From a virus (lineage: Duplodnaviria; Caudoviricetes): 50,953 nucleotides of DNA. The DNA lies in IMG/VR virus record IMGVR_UViG_3300046508_000002, positions 1-50,953 of that record; one strand, given 5' to 3'. The notes under the pieces were generated by a model that was not told where the DNA came from, made no database searches, and was given only the letters and a program-made list of their open reading frames with translations. The first letter of the stretch is position 1, and each line of letters begins with the position of its first letter. Positions 27,092-36,716 of this stretch are shown one piece after another. A program made the translations under genes and the position numbers.

Positions 27092-28018
27092 ATGGCCCTC
27101 GATGTTCAAATATACACCACTGGTTCTGGTAATTGGACGAAGCCCACTGGCGCTTCTCTTGTCCGCGTTATCCTGGTCGGTGCTGGCGGGTCGGGCGGCG
27201 GTGGTGACACGGCGGCGTCGGGTACTGCGGTCAGTGGAGGCGGCGGGGGCGGCGGAGGCGCTCGGTTAGAGGCGGTATTCCAGCCAGGGGATTTAGGCAC
27301 TACGGAAGCCTATGTGGTGGGCGTTGGTGCTGTGGGTGGTGCAGCTGGTACGGGCACGGGCGGCACACCAGGAACGGCGGGGACTAGCTCAACGTTTGGC
27401 GGTTCAACAGTCGCGATCCAGACGGCTTATGGTGGGGGGCGTGGGGCAGGAGGGTCGGCTTCAACCGCAGCGGCGGGTGGTGGTGGTGCTGGACTAGCTG
27501 GCGCTGGTGGGGATGCAACGACATCAACCGCTGGGGCCGCTGGGGCGAATGGTGGAATTTTAGGAGGGTCCGCAGGGACCGCAGGGACCGCTAATACTGG
27601 TGCGGGTGGTGCAGGTGGCAGCGGGACTTCCGGTGCCGGAGGGGCAGGTCAGCCGGGCGCTCAATCAGTTATTGGAGCCGCTGGCGGAGCAGGTGGTGGA
27701 GGCAAAACAATCGCACCTTTTTACAACGCGGGGGGCAACGGAGGGCAATCAAGTGGAACTACCCCAGGAGGGTTGTCGGGGGCGGCCTCAACAGGTTTAG
27801 CTGGTGCAAATGGTATTGCAGGCACACTTGGGCAGTGCGGTTCTGGCGGCGGGGGCGGTGGCGCAAGTGCAACGACTGCTGGCGCTGGTGGCGCAGGTGG
27901 TTTCCCCGGCGGTCCTGGTGGCGGTGGTGGTGCTTCAATAACCGCAGGAACAGCAGCCGCAGGCGGCGCAGGCGGCGGTGGCATCGTCATCGTAATCACA
28001 GACCTTGAGGGTGTGTGA
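27092..28018 (+). CDS. Glycine-rich phage virion/tail protein
   Basis: SGNWTKPTGA..VRVILVGAGGSGGGG...GGGGIVIVI, the typical phage Gly-rich domain. Confidence 0.8.
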   Translation: MALDVQIYTTGSGNWTKPTGASLVRVILVGAGGSGGGGDTAASGTAVSGGGGGGGGARLEAVFQPGDLGTTEAYVVGVGAVGGAAGTGTGGTPGTAGTSSTFGGSTVAIQTAYGGGRGAGGSASTAAAGGGGAGLAGAGGDATTSTAGAAGANGGILGGSAGTAGTANTGAGGAGGSGTSGAGGAGQPGAQSVIGAAGGAGGGGKTIAPFYNAGGNGGQSSGTTPGGLSGAASTGLAGANGIAGTLGQCGSGGGGGGASATTAGAGGAGGFPGGPGGGGGASITAGTAAAGGAGGGGIVIVITDLEGV

Positions 28019-28206
28019 TGACAAAGAAAGACCGCGAACTTATCGAACGGTTGATCCTAGCTATCAACGCGCTTGCCGGATCGATCAACCGGATGCCGCG
28101 CAGTCTCACCGTTTATGAAGCACCTAAGCATTATGGCGGTATGGGCCAAACGGTATGGGGCGGTGGTGCCGGTCGTGCTAGTGGCTCGGGTGGTGCCTCA
28201 CGATGA
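28015..28206 (+). CDS. Small hypothetical protein
   Basis: Overlap-coupled between the two Gly-rich genes. Confidence 0.45.
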   Translation: MMTKKDRELIERLILAINALAGSINRMPRSLTVYEAPKHYGGMGQTVWGGGAGRASGSGGASR

Positions 28207-29144
28207 GCATCCTCGTCAACAAATACATCACCGGAACCGCGCAGACCTGGACGCCACAAACCTGGACTAAAGTTGTCAGGCTGATCCTGATAGGCGGTGG
28301 AGGACCTGGCGGCGGCGGTGGCCAGATTCTCGTTACTACAGCAGCGAGTGGCGGTGCAGGGGGCGGCGGCGGGGCCTGCATTGATCGCGTTTATGGAATT
28401 GACCAGTTTGGGGCAAACGAAACCTATACGGTCGGCGCGCAGCAGACTGGGGGAGCAGGTGGCAATGCTATCAATACCCCAGGCAGCCAAGGGAGTGCCG
28501 GAAGCGATACGACTTTTACCATCAATGGTGTGACGCTCACGGCTTATGGTGGCGGCGCTGGTGTCGGTGGAACCGCAGGCGCGATTTCAGGAGGTGGAGG
28601 TGGCGCGGGCCTAGGCGGCGCAGGCGGAAACGGCTCTGGTGCTACTGCCGGAACCGCAGGCGCAAACGGTGGTGTAGCCGCTGCGACGGGTGGCACCCCA
28701 AATATAGGGTTGTTCGGAGGTGCGTCCGGCTGCAACGGGGTAAATTCTAACGCCACACCAACTGCACTTCAAAATGCCGTGCGCGGCGGTGCCGGTGGTG
28801 GCGCGGGATGTGGCAAGGGCAATAATACGTTCGGCACAGGTGGCGCGGGTGGCATCAGCCGCGATCAGGCCGGTGGAACTGCTGGCAATAACGGAAATCC
28901 TGGGTTTGGTTATCCGGGCTCTGGCGGTGGTGGTGGCAATTCTAGCGCGACAACCCCACTAGTCGGTGGAGACGGCGGCATTCCCGGAGGTGGAGGTGGT
29001 GGCGGTGGGACAACTGAAAATCTAGTCAACGGTGCCAATGGTGGCCTGGGAGCCAGAGGCGAGATTTGGGTTATTGAATACGGCGAAGCGGCGGCGGCTG
29101 GCGGTAGCGGTGGTTTCTTGCCTTTAAGCGGAATCGTCACATGA
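28203..29144 (+). CDS. Glycine-rich phage virion/tail protein (paralog of 27092)
   Basis: TWTPQTW.KVVRLILIGGGGPGGGG...GARGEIWVIEY. Confidence 0.8.
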   Translation: MSILVNKYITGTAQTWTPQTWTKVVRLILIGGGGPGGGGGQILVTTAASGGAGGGGGACIDRVYGIDQFGANETYTVGAQQTGGAGGNAINTPGSQGSAGSDTTFTINGVTLTAYGGGAGVGGTAGAISGGGGGAGLGGAGGNGSGATAGTAGANGGVAAATGGTPNIGLFGGASGCNGVNSNATPTALQNAVRGGAGGGAGCGKGNNTFGTGGAGGISRDQAGGTAGNNGNPGFGYPGSGGGGGNSSATTPLVGGDGGIPGGGGGGGGTTENLVNGANGGLGARGEIWVIEYGEAAAAGGSGGFLPLSGIVT

Positions 29145-31138
29145 GATATTATGGCGATTTTTCTTTGGGTTCGACTGTCGATATCCAATTTACGACCATA
29201 GGAACAACTGGCTTACCAACGCAACTCGCGGCTACAACTGCAACGACAATTTCTGTTTATCCTGGACAAAGCACAACTCAATTAACTGCCGGCGTGACGT
29301 TTACCACAGATTTTGATGGTTTTACTGGACTCAATCACATCAATATTTCTTTAACCGGGGGAAACGGGTACGCAGTTGCTACAAATTATAATGTTGTTTT
29401 GGCGACTGGCACAGTTGGCGGGACTAACGTTCTTGGGTACGTGGTTGGCGCGTTTTCAATAAACAATCGAACGCTTGGTGCAAACGCACTTAATTCGGCT
29501 ACGTTCTCAGCGGGTGCTATCACCCCTACAACGTTTACGACCGGCGCAATTGTTGCTACGACATATGCCGCAGGTGCGATTACATCAACGGTATTGGCCG
29601 CTGGCGCAATCACTTCAGCGGTCATGACTACGGGAGCAATAGGCGCTTCTAACTTTGTGGCTGGCGCAATCACCTCGACTGTTCTTGCAGCCGGAGCGAT
29701 CCATTCGACGATCTTTACCACTGGGGCAATTGCCGCGACGACTTTTATTTCTGGCTCGATAGTTGGAACAACACTAGCCGCTAATGCCGTATCTTCGGTT
29801 GCGTCTGGTGTTTGGCAAGATGCTGTCGCTGGCGACTTCACTACCGTTAGCAGCGTCGGTAAGTCTTTGTATAATTCGTTTGTTTCCAACACGTCCGTTC
29901 TGTCTACGGCCTCCCTGGTAAACGCGCCGACCGGTGGTAGCGCGCCTACTGCTGCGGCTGTTGCAACCGCCGTGTGGGATGCCGTTCAAGCATCACATTC
30001 TACCGCAGGAACGTTTGGCGATATTGGTGTTCGAATACCATCTGCACTTGTCGGTGGCAAAATTGATTCCAATGTTGGGTCTGTTTCTGTCGGTGCAATC
30101 ACGTCTTCGTCTTTGGCGGCTGGAACAATTACTTCAACAACATTCACAACAGGTTCTATAATCTCGACTACATTTTTATCTGGTTCTATCGTAGCGACCA
30201 CGTTTGCATCCGGCGCAATCAATAATGCCTCCATTGCGGCTGGTGCTATTGCCGCAACGAACTTTGCTTCAGGAGCAATAACATCGACGGTATTGGCTGG
30301 TGGTGCAATAACGTCAACTGTGTTTACAACGGGGGCCATCGCGGCAACCACGTTTGTCGCTGGTGCAATAAACAACGCAGCGATAGCGGCAGGAGCAATA
30401 GCCGCTACTAATTTTGCGTCAAACGCCATCACATCGACCATCCTTGCTGCTGGAACCATAACGTCCACCACGTTCACAACAGGATCGATAGCAGCTACTA
30501 CGTTCGTCTCAGGCGCAATTACGTCTTCTATCCTGGCGGCTGGGGCGCTTACTTCGACGACCTTTACGACCGGGGCCATTGTGGGGACGACATTTGCTTC
30601 CGGGGTGCTGCCGTCGAACTTCTCTACGCTTGGGATCAGCGCAGGTGGACACGTTTCGAACGTGGACACAATCACGACTTATACCGGAGACACCCCACAG
30701 ACTGGTGACGCTTTCGCTCGACTCGGCGTCGCAGGTGTTGGGTTAACTAACCTGGGCGATACACGCATTGCTAATCTCGACGCTACTGTGTCCAGCCGTA
30801 CTAAGCCTGCCGACACGCAGGCAGCCGTAACCACGGTCACTAACCCTGTAACTATTACTTCTTCAATCAAAAAGAACAGTATTGCTACTGGGTTTATGTT
30901 CCTGATGACGGATTCTACTAATCACAACCCATCGGCAGGTTTAACTGTTGTTGGAACAAGGGCAATTGATGGTGGTGCCTTCAGCGGTCTTACCAATTCA
31001 GGAACAATCGCCAGCGTTGGAAGTGGTACTTACTCCATTGATCTTTCGGCGGCGGATACTAATGGCAATCATTTGATGCTTCGATTTACTAATGCCACAT
31101 CTGACGATCTGAATATTGAAATCATAACGCAGCCTTAA
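29141..31138 (+). CDS. Thr/Ala-rich fibre-like protein with 10-residue repeats (xGAIxxTTFx)
   Basis: Two repeat blocks at about 29490-29780 and 30090-30610; probable beta-solenoid. Confidence 0.75.
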   Translation: MRYYGDFSLGSTVDIQFTTIGTTGLPTQLAATTATTISVYPGQSTTQLTAGVTFTTDFDGFTGLNHINISLTGGNGYAVATNYNVVLATGTVGGTNVLGYVVGAFSINNRTLGANALNSATFSAGAITPTTFTTGAIVATTYAAGAITSTVLAAGAITSAVMTTGAIGASNFVAGAITSTVLAAGAIHSTIFTTGAIAATTFISGSIVGTTLAANAVSSVASGVWQDAVAGDFTTVSSVGKSLYNSFVSNTSVLSTASLVNAPTGGSAPTAAAVATAVWDAVQASHSTAGTFGDIGVRIPSALVGGKIDSNVGSVSVGAITSSSLAAGTITSTTFTTGSIISTTFLSGSIVATTFASGAINNASIAAGAIAATNFASGAITSTVLAGGAITSTVFTTGAIAATTFVAGAINNAAIAAGAIAATNFASNAITSTILAAGTITSTTFTTGSIAATTFVSGAITSSILAAGALTSTTFTTGAIVGTTFASGVLPSNFSTLGISAGGHVSNVDTITTYTGDTPQTGDAFARLGVAGVGLTNLGDTRIANLDATVSSRTKPADTQAAVTTVTNPVTITSSIKKNSIATGFMFLMTDSTNHNPSAGLTVVGTRAIDGGAFSGLTNSGTIASVGSGTYSIDLSAADTNGNHLMLRFTNATSDDLNIEIITQP

Positions 31139-31139
31139 C

Positions 31140-31358
31140 ATGGCAATACGACCGACAAATATAATCAAGTTTACCAATCAGATCGCGTTCTTTTCGTTTC
31201 AATCGCAGGGGCAGAGTGGTGGCACAAGTGTTGTCTCGGGACCATTCCAATATTTAATACACGGCCCTGATATTACAGAACAGTTTGTTACGAATGGCGG
31301 AATATCTGCAATGGGTGTTTCTTATCCTTTTAATCCAATGTCTCGCAGGACAGTTTAG
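31140..31358 (+). CDS. Small hypothetical virion protein
   Basis: Fills the gap exactly between its neighbours. Confidence 0.6.
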   Translation: MAIRPTNIIKFTNQIAFFSFQSQGQSGGTSVVSGPFQYLIHGPDITEQFVTNGGISAMGVSYPFNPMSRRTV

Positions 31359-32051
31359 ATGACGAGCAGTTCCACCTACTCATTCAGCTTGACCAATGGT
31401 GAGGCCGTAATCTCGGCTTTTGAGCGGCTGCAAATCCGGTTGCCTTCTATCCGCCAAGAACATATGAGGACGGCGCGAAATGAAATGAACTTCCTGTTTT
31501 CTGATTGGGCGAATCGTGGCGTCAATTTATGGAAAATAGAACTGATCCCGATCACGTTGGTTAGCGGAACGGCGACTTATTCAATACCGGCACGAGTGGT
31601 GATGATTGTTGATGCTTATCTCACGCTCAACAACGGTTTAACTAATCAGACAGACCGATACATTACGCCGATTAGCCGAACAGACTATGCTAGTTTTGCC
31701 GCTAAGAATACTGCCGGACCACCGACTGTGTACTGGTTTGACCGTCTCATATCTCCGACCCTAACAACTTGGCCAGTGACGGACAGCAGCGGTCCATATG
31801 TTCTTAATTACTATGCATGGTCGCAAATGCAGGACGCGGCGTTGACTAGCGGAGAGACCCCCGATGTTCCGTACCTTTGGACGGATGCACTTGTGGCTGG
31901 TCTAGCCCATCGTCTCGCTCGTACATATGCGCCGCAGTTGGAAGCACAGCGCAAGGCTGATGCACAGGAAGCGTGGACGACAGCAGCAACACAGAACATT
32001 GAGGGAGTACCTATCAGAATTTCTCCAAACTTGGGCCGCTACTACAGATGA
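31359..32051 (+). CDS. Head-tail adaptor / tail tubular protein
   Basis: MTSSSTYSF...EAVISAFERL...WANRGVNLW...ISRTDY...GPPTVYWFDR...WP...ALVAGLA. Confidence 0.7.
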   Translation: MTSSSTYSFSLTNGEAVISAFERLQIRLPSIRQEHMRTARNEMNFLFSDWANRGVNLWKIELIPITLVSGTATYSIPARVVMIVDAYLTLNNGLTNQTDRYITPISRTDYASFAAKNTAGPPTVYWFDRLISPTLTTWPVTDSSGPYVLNYYAWSQMQDAALTSGETPDVPYLWTDALVAGLAHRLARTYAPQLEAQRKADAQEAWTTAATQNIEGVPIRISPNLGRYYR

Positions 32052-32401
32052 GACGCCCCCATCCGAAACGAGTGAGTTCCGATAGAACAAGGACTGATGC
32101 TTGGGGGACGAGTGATCGAAGCGGCATGATCTCCCGTCATAGCGAAATGAAATGGCAATACGATTGGGTTGGAACAGAACTGATCAATAAACACGTTTTG
32201 GTGGCTAGAAGCGAACTTGATGAACCACAGCGTCAATTAGGTGGTGTTGTTCTTCCGCCTGATCCGCCTTCAATTATGAATGCGCGCCCAGAACCCTATG
32301 CAATTGATGAAGCATCGCCGGCCAGTTACGTCACCGAAGACGATGGAAGTTTCTATGTAAGCAGAGACATTCTGCCAAAATATTATGTGTCGGAAGAATA
32401 A
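32048..32401 (+). CDS. Small neck/fibre-attachment protein, copy 1
   Basis: AWGTSDRSG...WQYDW.GT.L.N...ELDEPQRQLG..LPPDPP.IMNARPEPY. Confidence 0.7.
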   Translation: MRRPHPKRVSSDRTRTDAWGTSDRSGMISRHSEMKWQYDWVGTELINKHVLVARSELDEPQRQLGGVVLPPDPPSIMNARPEPYAIDEASPASYVTEDDGSFYVSRDILPKYYVSEE

Positions 32402-32839
32402 ATGCCAACTACCGAAAAATTCCTTTCGCAGATTGCTGCGGCAGCTACTATTCTTGGGTCTGATACTGTTATTGGCGTTCAGTCAGGCAAAAAAGACGCA
32501 CAATATAAGATAACTGATTTGGCTGCGTATATGTGGACTAAAGTTCCTGTTATCTCGACAGATATGGCCGCAGGAGATTACAACGTCACGAATGAATCAA
32601 CCCTGTTGATTAATAAGACGGTTCCAGCAGCACATAATATCAATTTACCAACCGCAGCAAGCCGTAATGGCATTCCTATCGTTATTAAGGATTTTGCCGG
32701 GAATGCATCAACCTACGTTGCAACAATCGTTCCCAATGGTGCGGAAACAATAGACGGGCTTTCGACGCTCCCGATCAACTCAGACTACGGCGGCTTTAAT
32801 CTCGTTCCTATCACAGGTGGATGGTATATCTCGCCATGA
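32402..32839 (+). CDS. Tail fibre-associated protein
   Basis: INLPTAA...IVIKD.AGNA...TIVPNGAETIDG fibre-domain pattern. Its N-terminus resembles that of the 35510 gene. Confidence 0.65.
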   Translation: MPTTEKFLSQIAAAATILGSDTVIGVQSGKKDAQYKITDLAAYMWTKVPVISTDMAAGDYNVTNESTLLINKTVPAAHNINLPTAASRNGIPIVIKDFAGNASTYVATIVPNGAETIDGLSTLPINSDYGGFNLVPITGGWYISP

Positions 32840-35088
32840 GAAAACTACTTAGACTGTTCGCAATCGCCGCCTTCTTGGGCGGTTTTTTTACGCCTGCAAA
32901 CGCGCAGCCCGTTGGGCAACTTAACCCAGGACAGGTATGGGGAAATTCTGGGGCAACGCGAGCCCAGGCGTCTCCAACGACATTCAACATTCTTTCGTCT
33001 CCGCATCAGTTCTATGTGGCGACGAGCGGCAATGGAGGAAGCGACAGTCATGATTGCCTTGCTGCAACAGTGAGCGGCGGTCATGGTCCTTGTCTGACAA
33101 TTCAGCACGCCATTAACATCGTAGCAACGTATGGCACCAACGGCATAGGCCCGGCGATCAATGTGGGGGCAGGAACATTTGTCGGGCAAGCTGTTGTGAG
33201 GGGCCCAATAGGGAGTGGGGGTAGACAGGATAGCTGGCCGCAATTTCTTTTAATCAGTGGCGCTGGTTCCGGGTCAACAATTATTGATGACAACACTCAA
33301 AATTGCGGAACTGTTGTGGCATCAGCTTCCGGTGCAAATATTGTTGTCCACGGATTTACGGTTAAACATACTGGCTCAGGTTCTAGTGATTGTGGAGGAG
33401 GGCTTTGGGCAGAACTTAATGGGTACATCATAATAGGTAACGATGTGAATTTTGGGGAGATAGGTGCCGCTGGGGGGGAACCTATACTTTACGTGGAAGC
33501 GGGTGGAAGAATAGAAACTACAGGGACAGGGCACGCAATTACTGGCGACGGTCCAGGGTTTATGAGGGCTAATTTCCAAAGCACTATTGGACTTGGGGGG
33601 GTTACGATAACTTGTTCAGTGTCGCTGCCGCGCATGAGTAGCAGCGGCGGATTTGTACAAGCCTATGGTGGTGCCCATGTTCCAGGGGCGGCAACTTTCG
33701 TCGGATGCGGGTCGCCTAACTTTACTGGCATATCGTCTTATACAGAAGATTACAGCACCATTGATCCTAATCTAACACTTCCGGGTAGCACAGGTAGCAG
33801 CCTCATCCATGCGGGCATTGATAGTATTCCGTTTGTTACCGTAACAAATGCCCTCACGGCGGGGGTTATCAATACATGGAGCGGTGTGGCTCATGGTGAA
33901 TTCACAATTACTATGGATAATACTTATTATGCTCAAATAAATCCGACTGCAAACAGCAGCGTGTTAGGATTTCAATTCAACCCGAAGGACAGCGGTGGCG
34001 CTATTGTTTCTAGTTACCTGATTGCAAGTTCCAATGGATTTGATCTCATCTCTCCTTCTACGCAGATTTCCTCAGCAGGAGCTTCCGCTCTAGCAATCGG
34101 TCTCAATGGTGTAACAAATCCAGCGTTCAACGTGGACGCATCAACTGCCTCGCAGGCTGCGGGATTAAACGTCAAGGGTGCGGCAACGGGTGGCACCGTT
34201 GCTATTGCGGCCATTGACAGCGGATCAAACACTAATCTGACAATCAATGCCAAAGGCAGCGGCACTATCAACATTGGCAACATCTCGACTGGTTTGGTCA
34301 CATTAACTGGTCACGCCACGCTCGATCTACCACTGACCGGGGGAACATTGACGGGTGCGGTTTCGACCAACAGTCAGATCACCTCCACGCTCGCAATCGG
34401 AACGGCCCCTCTAGTGGTTACCAGTACAACCCTGGTGGCAAATCTTCATGCTGCCCTGGCAGATGCGGCCCCGGTTGGCGGCATTAGTGGCCTAGGAACC
34501 GGAATAGCGACGGCGCTTGCGGTCAATGTGGGAACTGCCGGCGCGCCCGTGGTGAACGGTGGCGCGCTTGGTACTCCTTCATCTGGCGTCGGAACGAATA
34601 TAACAAGCGTCAACGCCGCAACTCTTGGCGGCGCTACGTTTGCTGCGCCCGGAGCAATCGGGGGAGGGACGGCGGCAGCGGGGGCGTTTACGACGATCAC
34701 CGCCGCGACGTTCGCCAGCATTGGCACTAAAGTCCGTGCGGCAGGAACAGCCCCCGCCTTGACCTCTTGTGGGGGAGGCAGCCCGGCCATCGTCGGTTCT
34801 GACCTCGCTGGCGAAGTCACGATGGGAACTAGCGCGACCGGCTGCATCATAACGTTTAATGTCGCTTATGCGTCCGCTCCATACTGCACTGTGTCATGGC
34901 CAGCACAGGCACTTGCGTCGCAATCCTACACATATAGCACGACTGCAATCACGCTTACACAAACTTCAACCTCTGGAAATAAGATCATCTATCACTGTTA
35001 CGCCCGCGCTGCTGGATGGCTACTCAAGCGCGACCTTGATCCAGCGGCGAACGACAACTCGTCGGCATTCATGGATCAAGCGGCATGA
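32836..35088 (+). CDS. Fibre/tailspike-like beta-helix protein with an N-terminal signal peptide and C-terminal ssrA-like tag
   Basis: ATGA-coupled start MRKLLRLFAIAAFLGGFFTPANA-Q; FYVATSGNGGSDSHDC...PCLTIQHAI beta-helix cap; ends AANDNSSAFMDQAA*. Confidence 0.75.
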   Translation: MRKLLRLFAIAAFLGGFFTPANAQPVGQLNPGQVWGNSGATRAQASPTTFNILSSPHQFYVATSGNGGSDSHDCLAATVSGGHGPCLTIQHAINIVATYGTNGIGPAINVGAGTFVGQAVVRGPIGSGGRQDSWPQFLLISGAGSGSTIIDDNTQNCGTVVASASGANIVVHGFTVKHTGSGSSDCGGGLWAELNGYIIIGNDVNFGEIGAAGGEPILYVEAGGRIETTGTGHAITGDGPGFMRANFQSTIGLGGVTITCSVSLPRMSSSGGFVQAYGGAHVPGAATFVGCGSPNFTGISSYTEDYSTIDPNLTLPGSTGSSLIHAGIDSIPFVTVTNALTAGVINTWSGVAHGEFTITMDNTYYAQINPTANSSVLGFQFNPKDSGGAIVSSYLIASSNGFDLISPSTQISSAGASALAIGLNGVTNPAFNVDASTASQAAGLNVKGAATGGTVAIAAIDSGSNTNLTINAKGSGTINIGNISTGLVTLTGHATLDLPLTGGTLTGAVSTNSQITSTLAIGTAPLVVTSTTLVANLHAALADAAPVGGISGLGTGIATALAVNVGTAGAPVVNGGALGTPSSGVGTNITSVNAATLGGATFAAPGAIGGGTAAAGAFTTITAATFASIGTKVRAAGTAPALTSCGGGSPAIVGSDLAGEVTMGTSATGCIITFNVAYASAPYCTVSWPAQALASQSYTYSTTAITLTQTSTSGNKIIYHCYARAAGWLLKRDLDPAANDNSSAFMDQAA

Positions 35089-35146
35089 GGATTTATCGGA
35101 TTGCTATCCTATTTGCGCCCGACACGCCGTACATTCAAGATTAAAC

Positions 35147-35506
35147 ATGAGAAGACATCCACGCAGAGCTTCTGTTGATCGCTCTCACCCTAGAGCATGG
35201 GCTACTAGCGATGGCAACGGCATGGTTGGTAATCTTGAAGATATGCAATGGCAATGGGATTGGGCCGGGACGAACTTAGTCAATAAGAGGGTTCTTCTGC
35301 ATCCTGACGAGCTTGACGAACCACAACGCCAACTCGGCACTGTTATTCTTCCGCCAGACCCACCAGCAATCATGAACGCTCGCCCTGAACCTTATGCCAT
35401 TGATGAAGTATCCAATGAAAATTACACAACTGAAAACGGTGTTGATTGGTACGTCACGGAAGACAGTGCAGCTATCGCAACCTATTACGTTTCCTCTGGA
35501 AACTAG
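35147..35506 (+). CDS. Small neck/fibre-attachment protein, copy 2 (paralog of 32048)
   Basis: MRRHPRR...AWATSDGNG...ELDEPQRQLGTVILPPDPPAIMNARPEPYAIDE. Confidence 0.75.
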   Translation: MRRHPRRASVDRSHPRAWATSDGNGMVGNLEDMQWQWDWAGTNLVNKRVLLHPDELDEPQRQLGTVILPPDPPAIMNARPEPYAIDEVSNENYTTENGVDWYVTEDSAAIATYYVSSGN

Positions 35507-35509
35507 CCA

Positions 35510-36685
35510 ATGACATTGAAATTTGCCCAGATCACGGCGTCGGCCGCAAACTTTACTACGGCGGATTCTCTCATTGGCGTGCAAAATGCTACGGCTGATC
35601 GGTTGTTTACGCTGGCGCAGATTGCTGCCGGCATTCTGACATCGCCGGTTATTACCGGGCATGCGACGATTGAAAGCGTGTTGCTGTCTGGTGTAACCGG
35701 CACCGGGGCTATGGTTCTGGATCATGTGCCGACCATAGGAACCTCTACGATAAACAATTCTACGTTGGGAACTGCTACGATCAATAATTCGACATTGGGC
35801 ACTGCGACGTTGAACAATGCCACGCTCAATACGGCGACAATCAATACCTCTACACTGAATACGCCGACGATAAATACCGCTATTTTGAATGCGCCATTGT
35901 TGAATAATTCGGCTCTTAACACATCTACTCTAAATACGACGACGATAAATAACGCCACGATCAACACGGCCACAATCAACAATGCCTCGCTGAACTCCAG
36001 TGGATATGTTGGTATTGGGATAGTACCAATAACTAACTTGCATGTGGCTGGCAGTGGGTTTTTTACGGGACGGACCATCCCAACCAGCGGCGCTGGATTA
36101 GAAATATCTAGTGATGGATCGACTTTAACAAGGCTAACGAGCTACAATCGGACAGGCACCACTTATTTAGAAGCACATTATGATGGCGGTTCTCACCTTT
36201 TTGAAACTGGCCCAGTTCAGATACAGAACATCACTCCATCCACTTCCACCGCTACCGGCGCACTGATTGTTGCGGGTGGCTTAGGTCTTGCTGGTGCGAT
36301 GTTTGCAGGTTCGTCAATCAAAAGCGTTTCGCCTACGGCCGGCATCGGCTACGCGACAGGCGCAGGCGGCACAGGCACACAAAGCTCTAGCAAGTCCACC
36401 ACCGTTACGTTGAGTCCATCGGCTTGCATCTGCGGCCAGATCACGATGAACAACGCCTCTCTTGGCGGGGCTACCATCGTATCATTCACATTGACCAATA
36501 CCGCCATCGCCGCTACGGACGTGTTGGTGTTGAACCATATCAGCGGCGGGACTATCGGTGCATATACGCTCAATGCGCAGGCGGCGGCAGGCTCCGCTAC
36601 GATAAACGTGCGCAACAACACGGCTGGCGCGTTGACGGATGCCATTGTAATTCAATTCGTCGTTATCAAGGCAGTGAACGCATAA
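35510..36685 (+). CDS. Tail fibre-like protein with pentapeptide (TATIN/NSTLG) repeats
   Basis: Repeats at about 35735-35995; GYVGIG, TPSTSTATGALIVAGGLG and GIGYATGAGG fibre motifs. Confidence 0.75.
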   Translation: MTLKFAQITASAANFTTADSLIGVQNATADRLFTLAQIAAGILTSPVITGHATIESVLLSGVTGTGAMVLDHVPTIGTSTINNSTLGTATINNSTLGTATLNNATLNTATINTSTLNTPTINTAILNAPLLNNSALNTSTLNTTTINNATINTATINNASLNSSGYVGIGIVPITNLHVAGSGFFTGRTIPTSGAGLEISSDGSTLTRLTSYNRTGTTYLEAHYDGGSHLFETGPVQIQNITPSTSTATGALIVAGGLGLAGAMFAGSSIKSVSPTAGIGYATGAGGTGTQSSSKSTTVTLSPSACICGQITMNNASLGGATIVSFTLTNTAIAATDVLVLNHISGGTIGAYTLNAQAAAGSATINVRNNTAGALTDAIVIQFVVIKAVNA

Positions 36686-36716
36686 CTAGCTATGGCGAAT
36701 TTGCGAGGACGGAATA

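Noticed and set aside
34859-35146. N-terminal extension of the 215-aa ORF
   Set aside because: It overlaps the previous gene, and alignment with the paralog at 32048 places the start at ATG 35147.
27106-36645. Numerous long minus-strand ORFs (Pro-rich or Val/Ala-rich)
   Set aside because: They are antisense shadows of Gly- and Thr-rich plus-strand genes with biased codon use.
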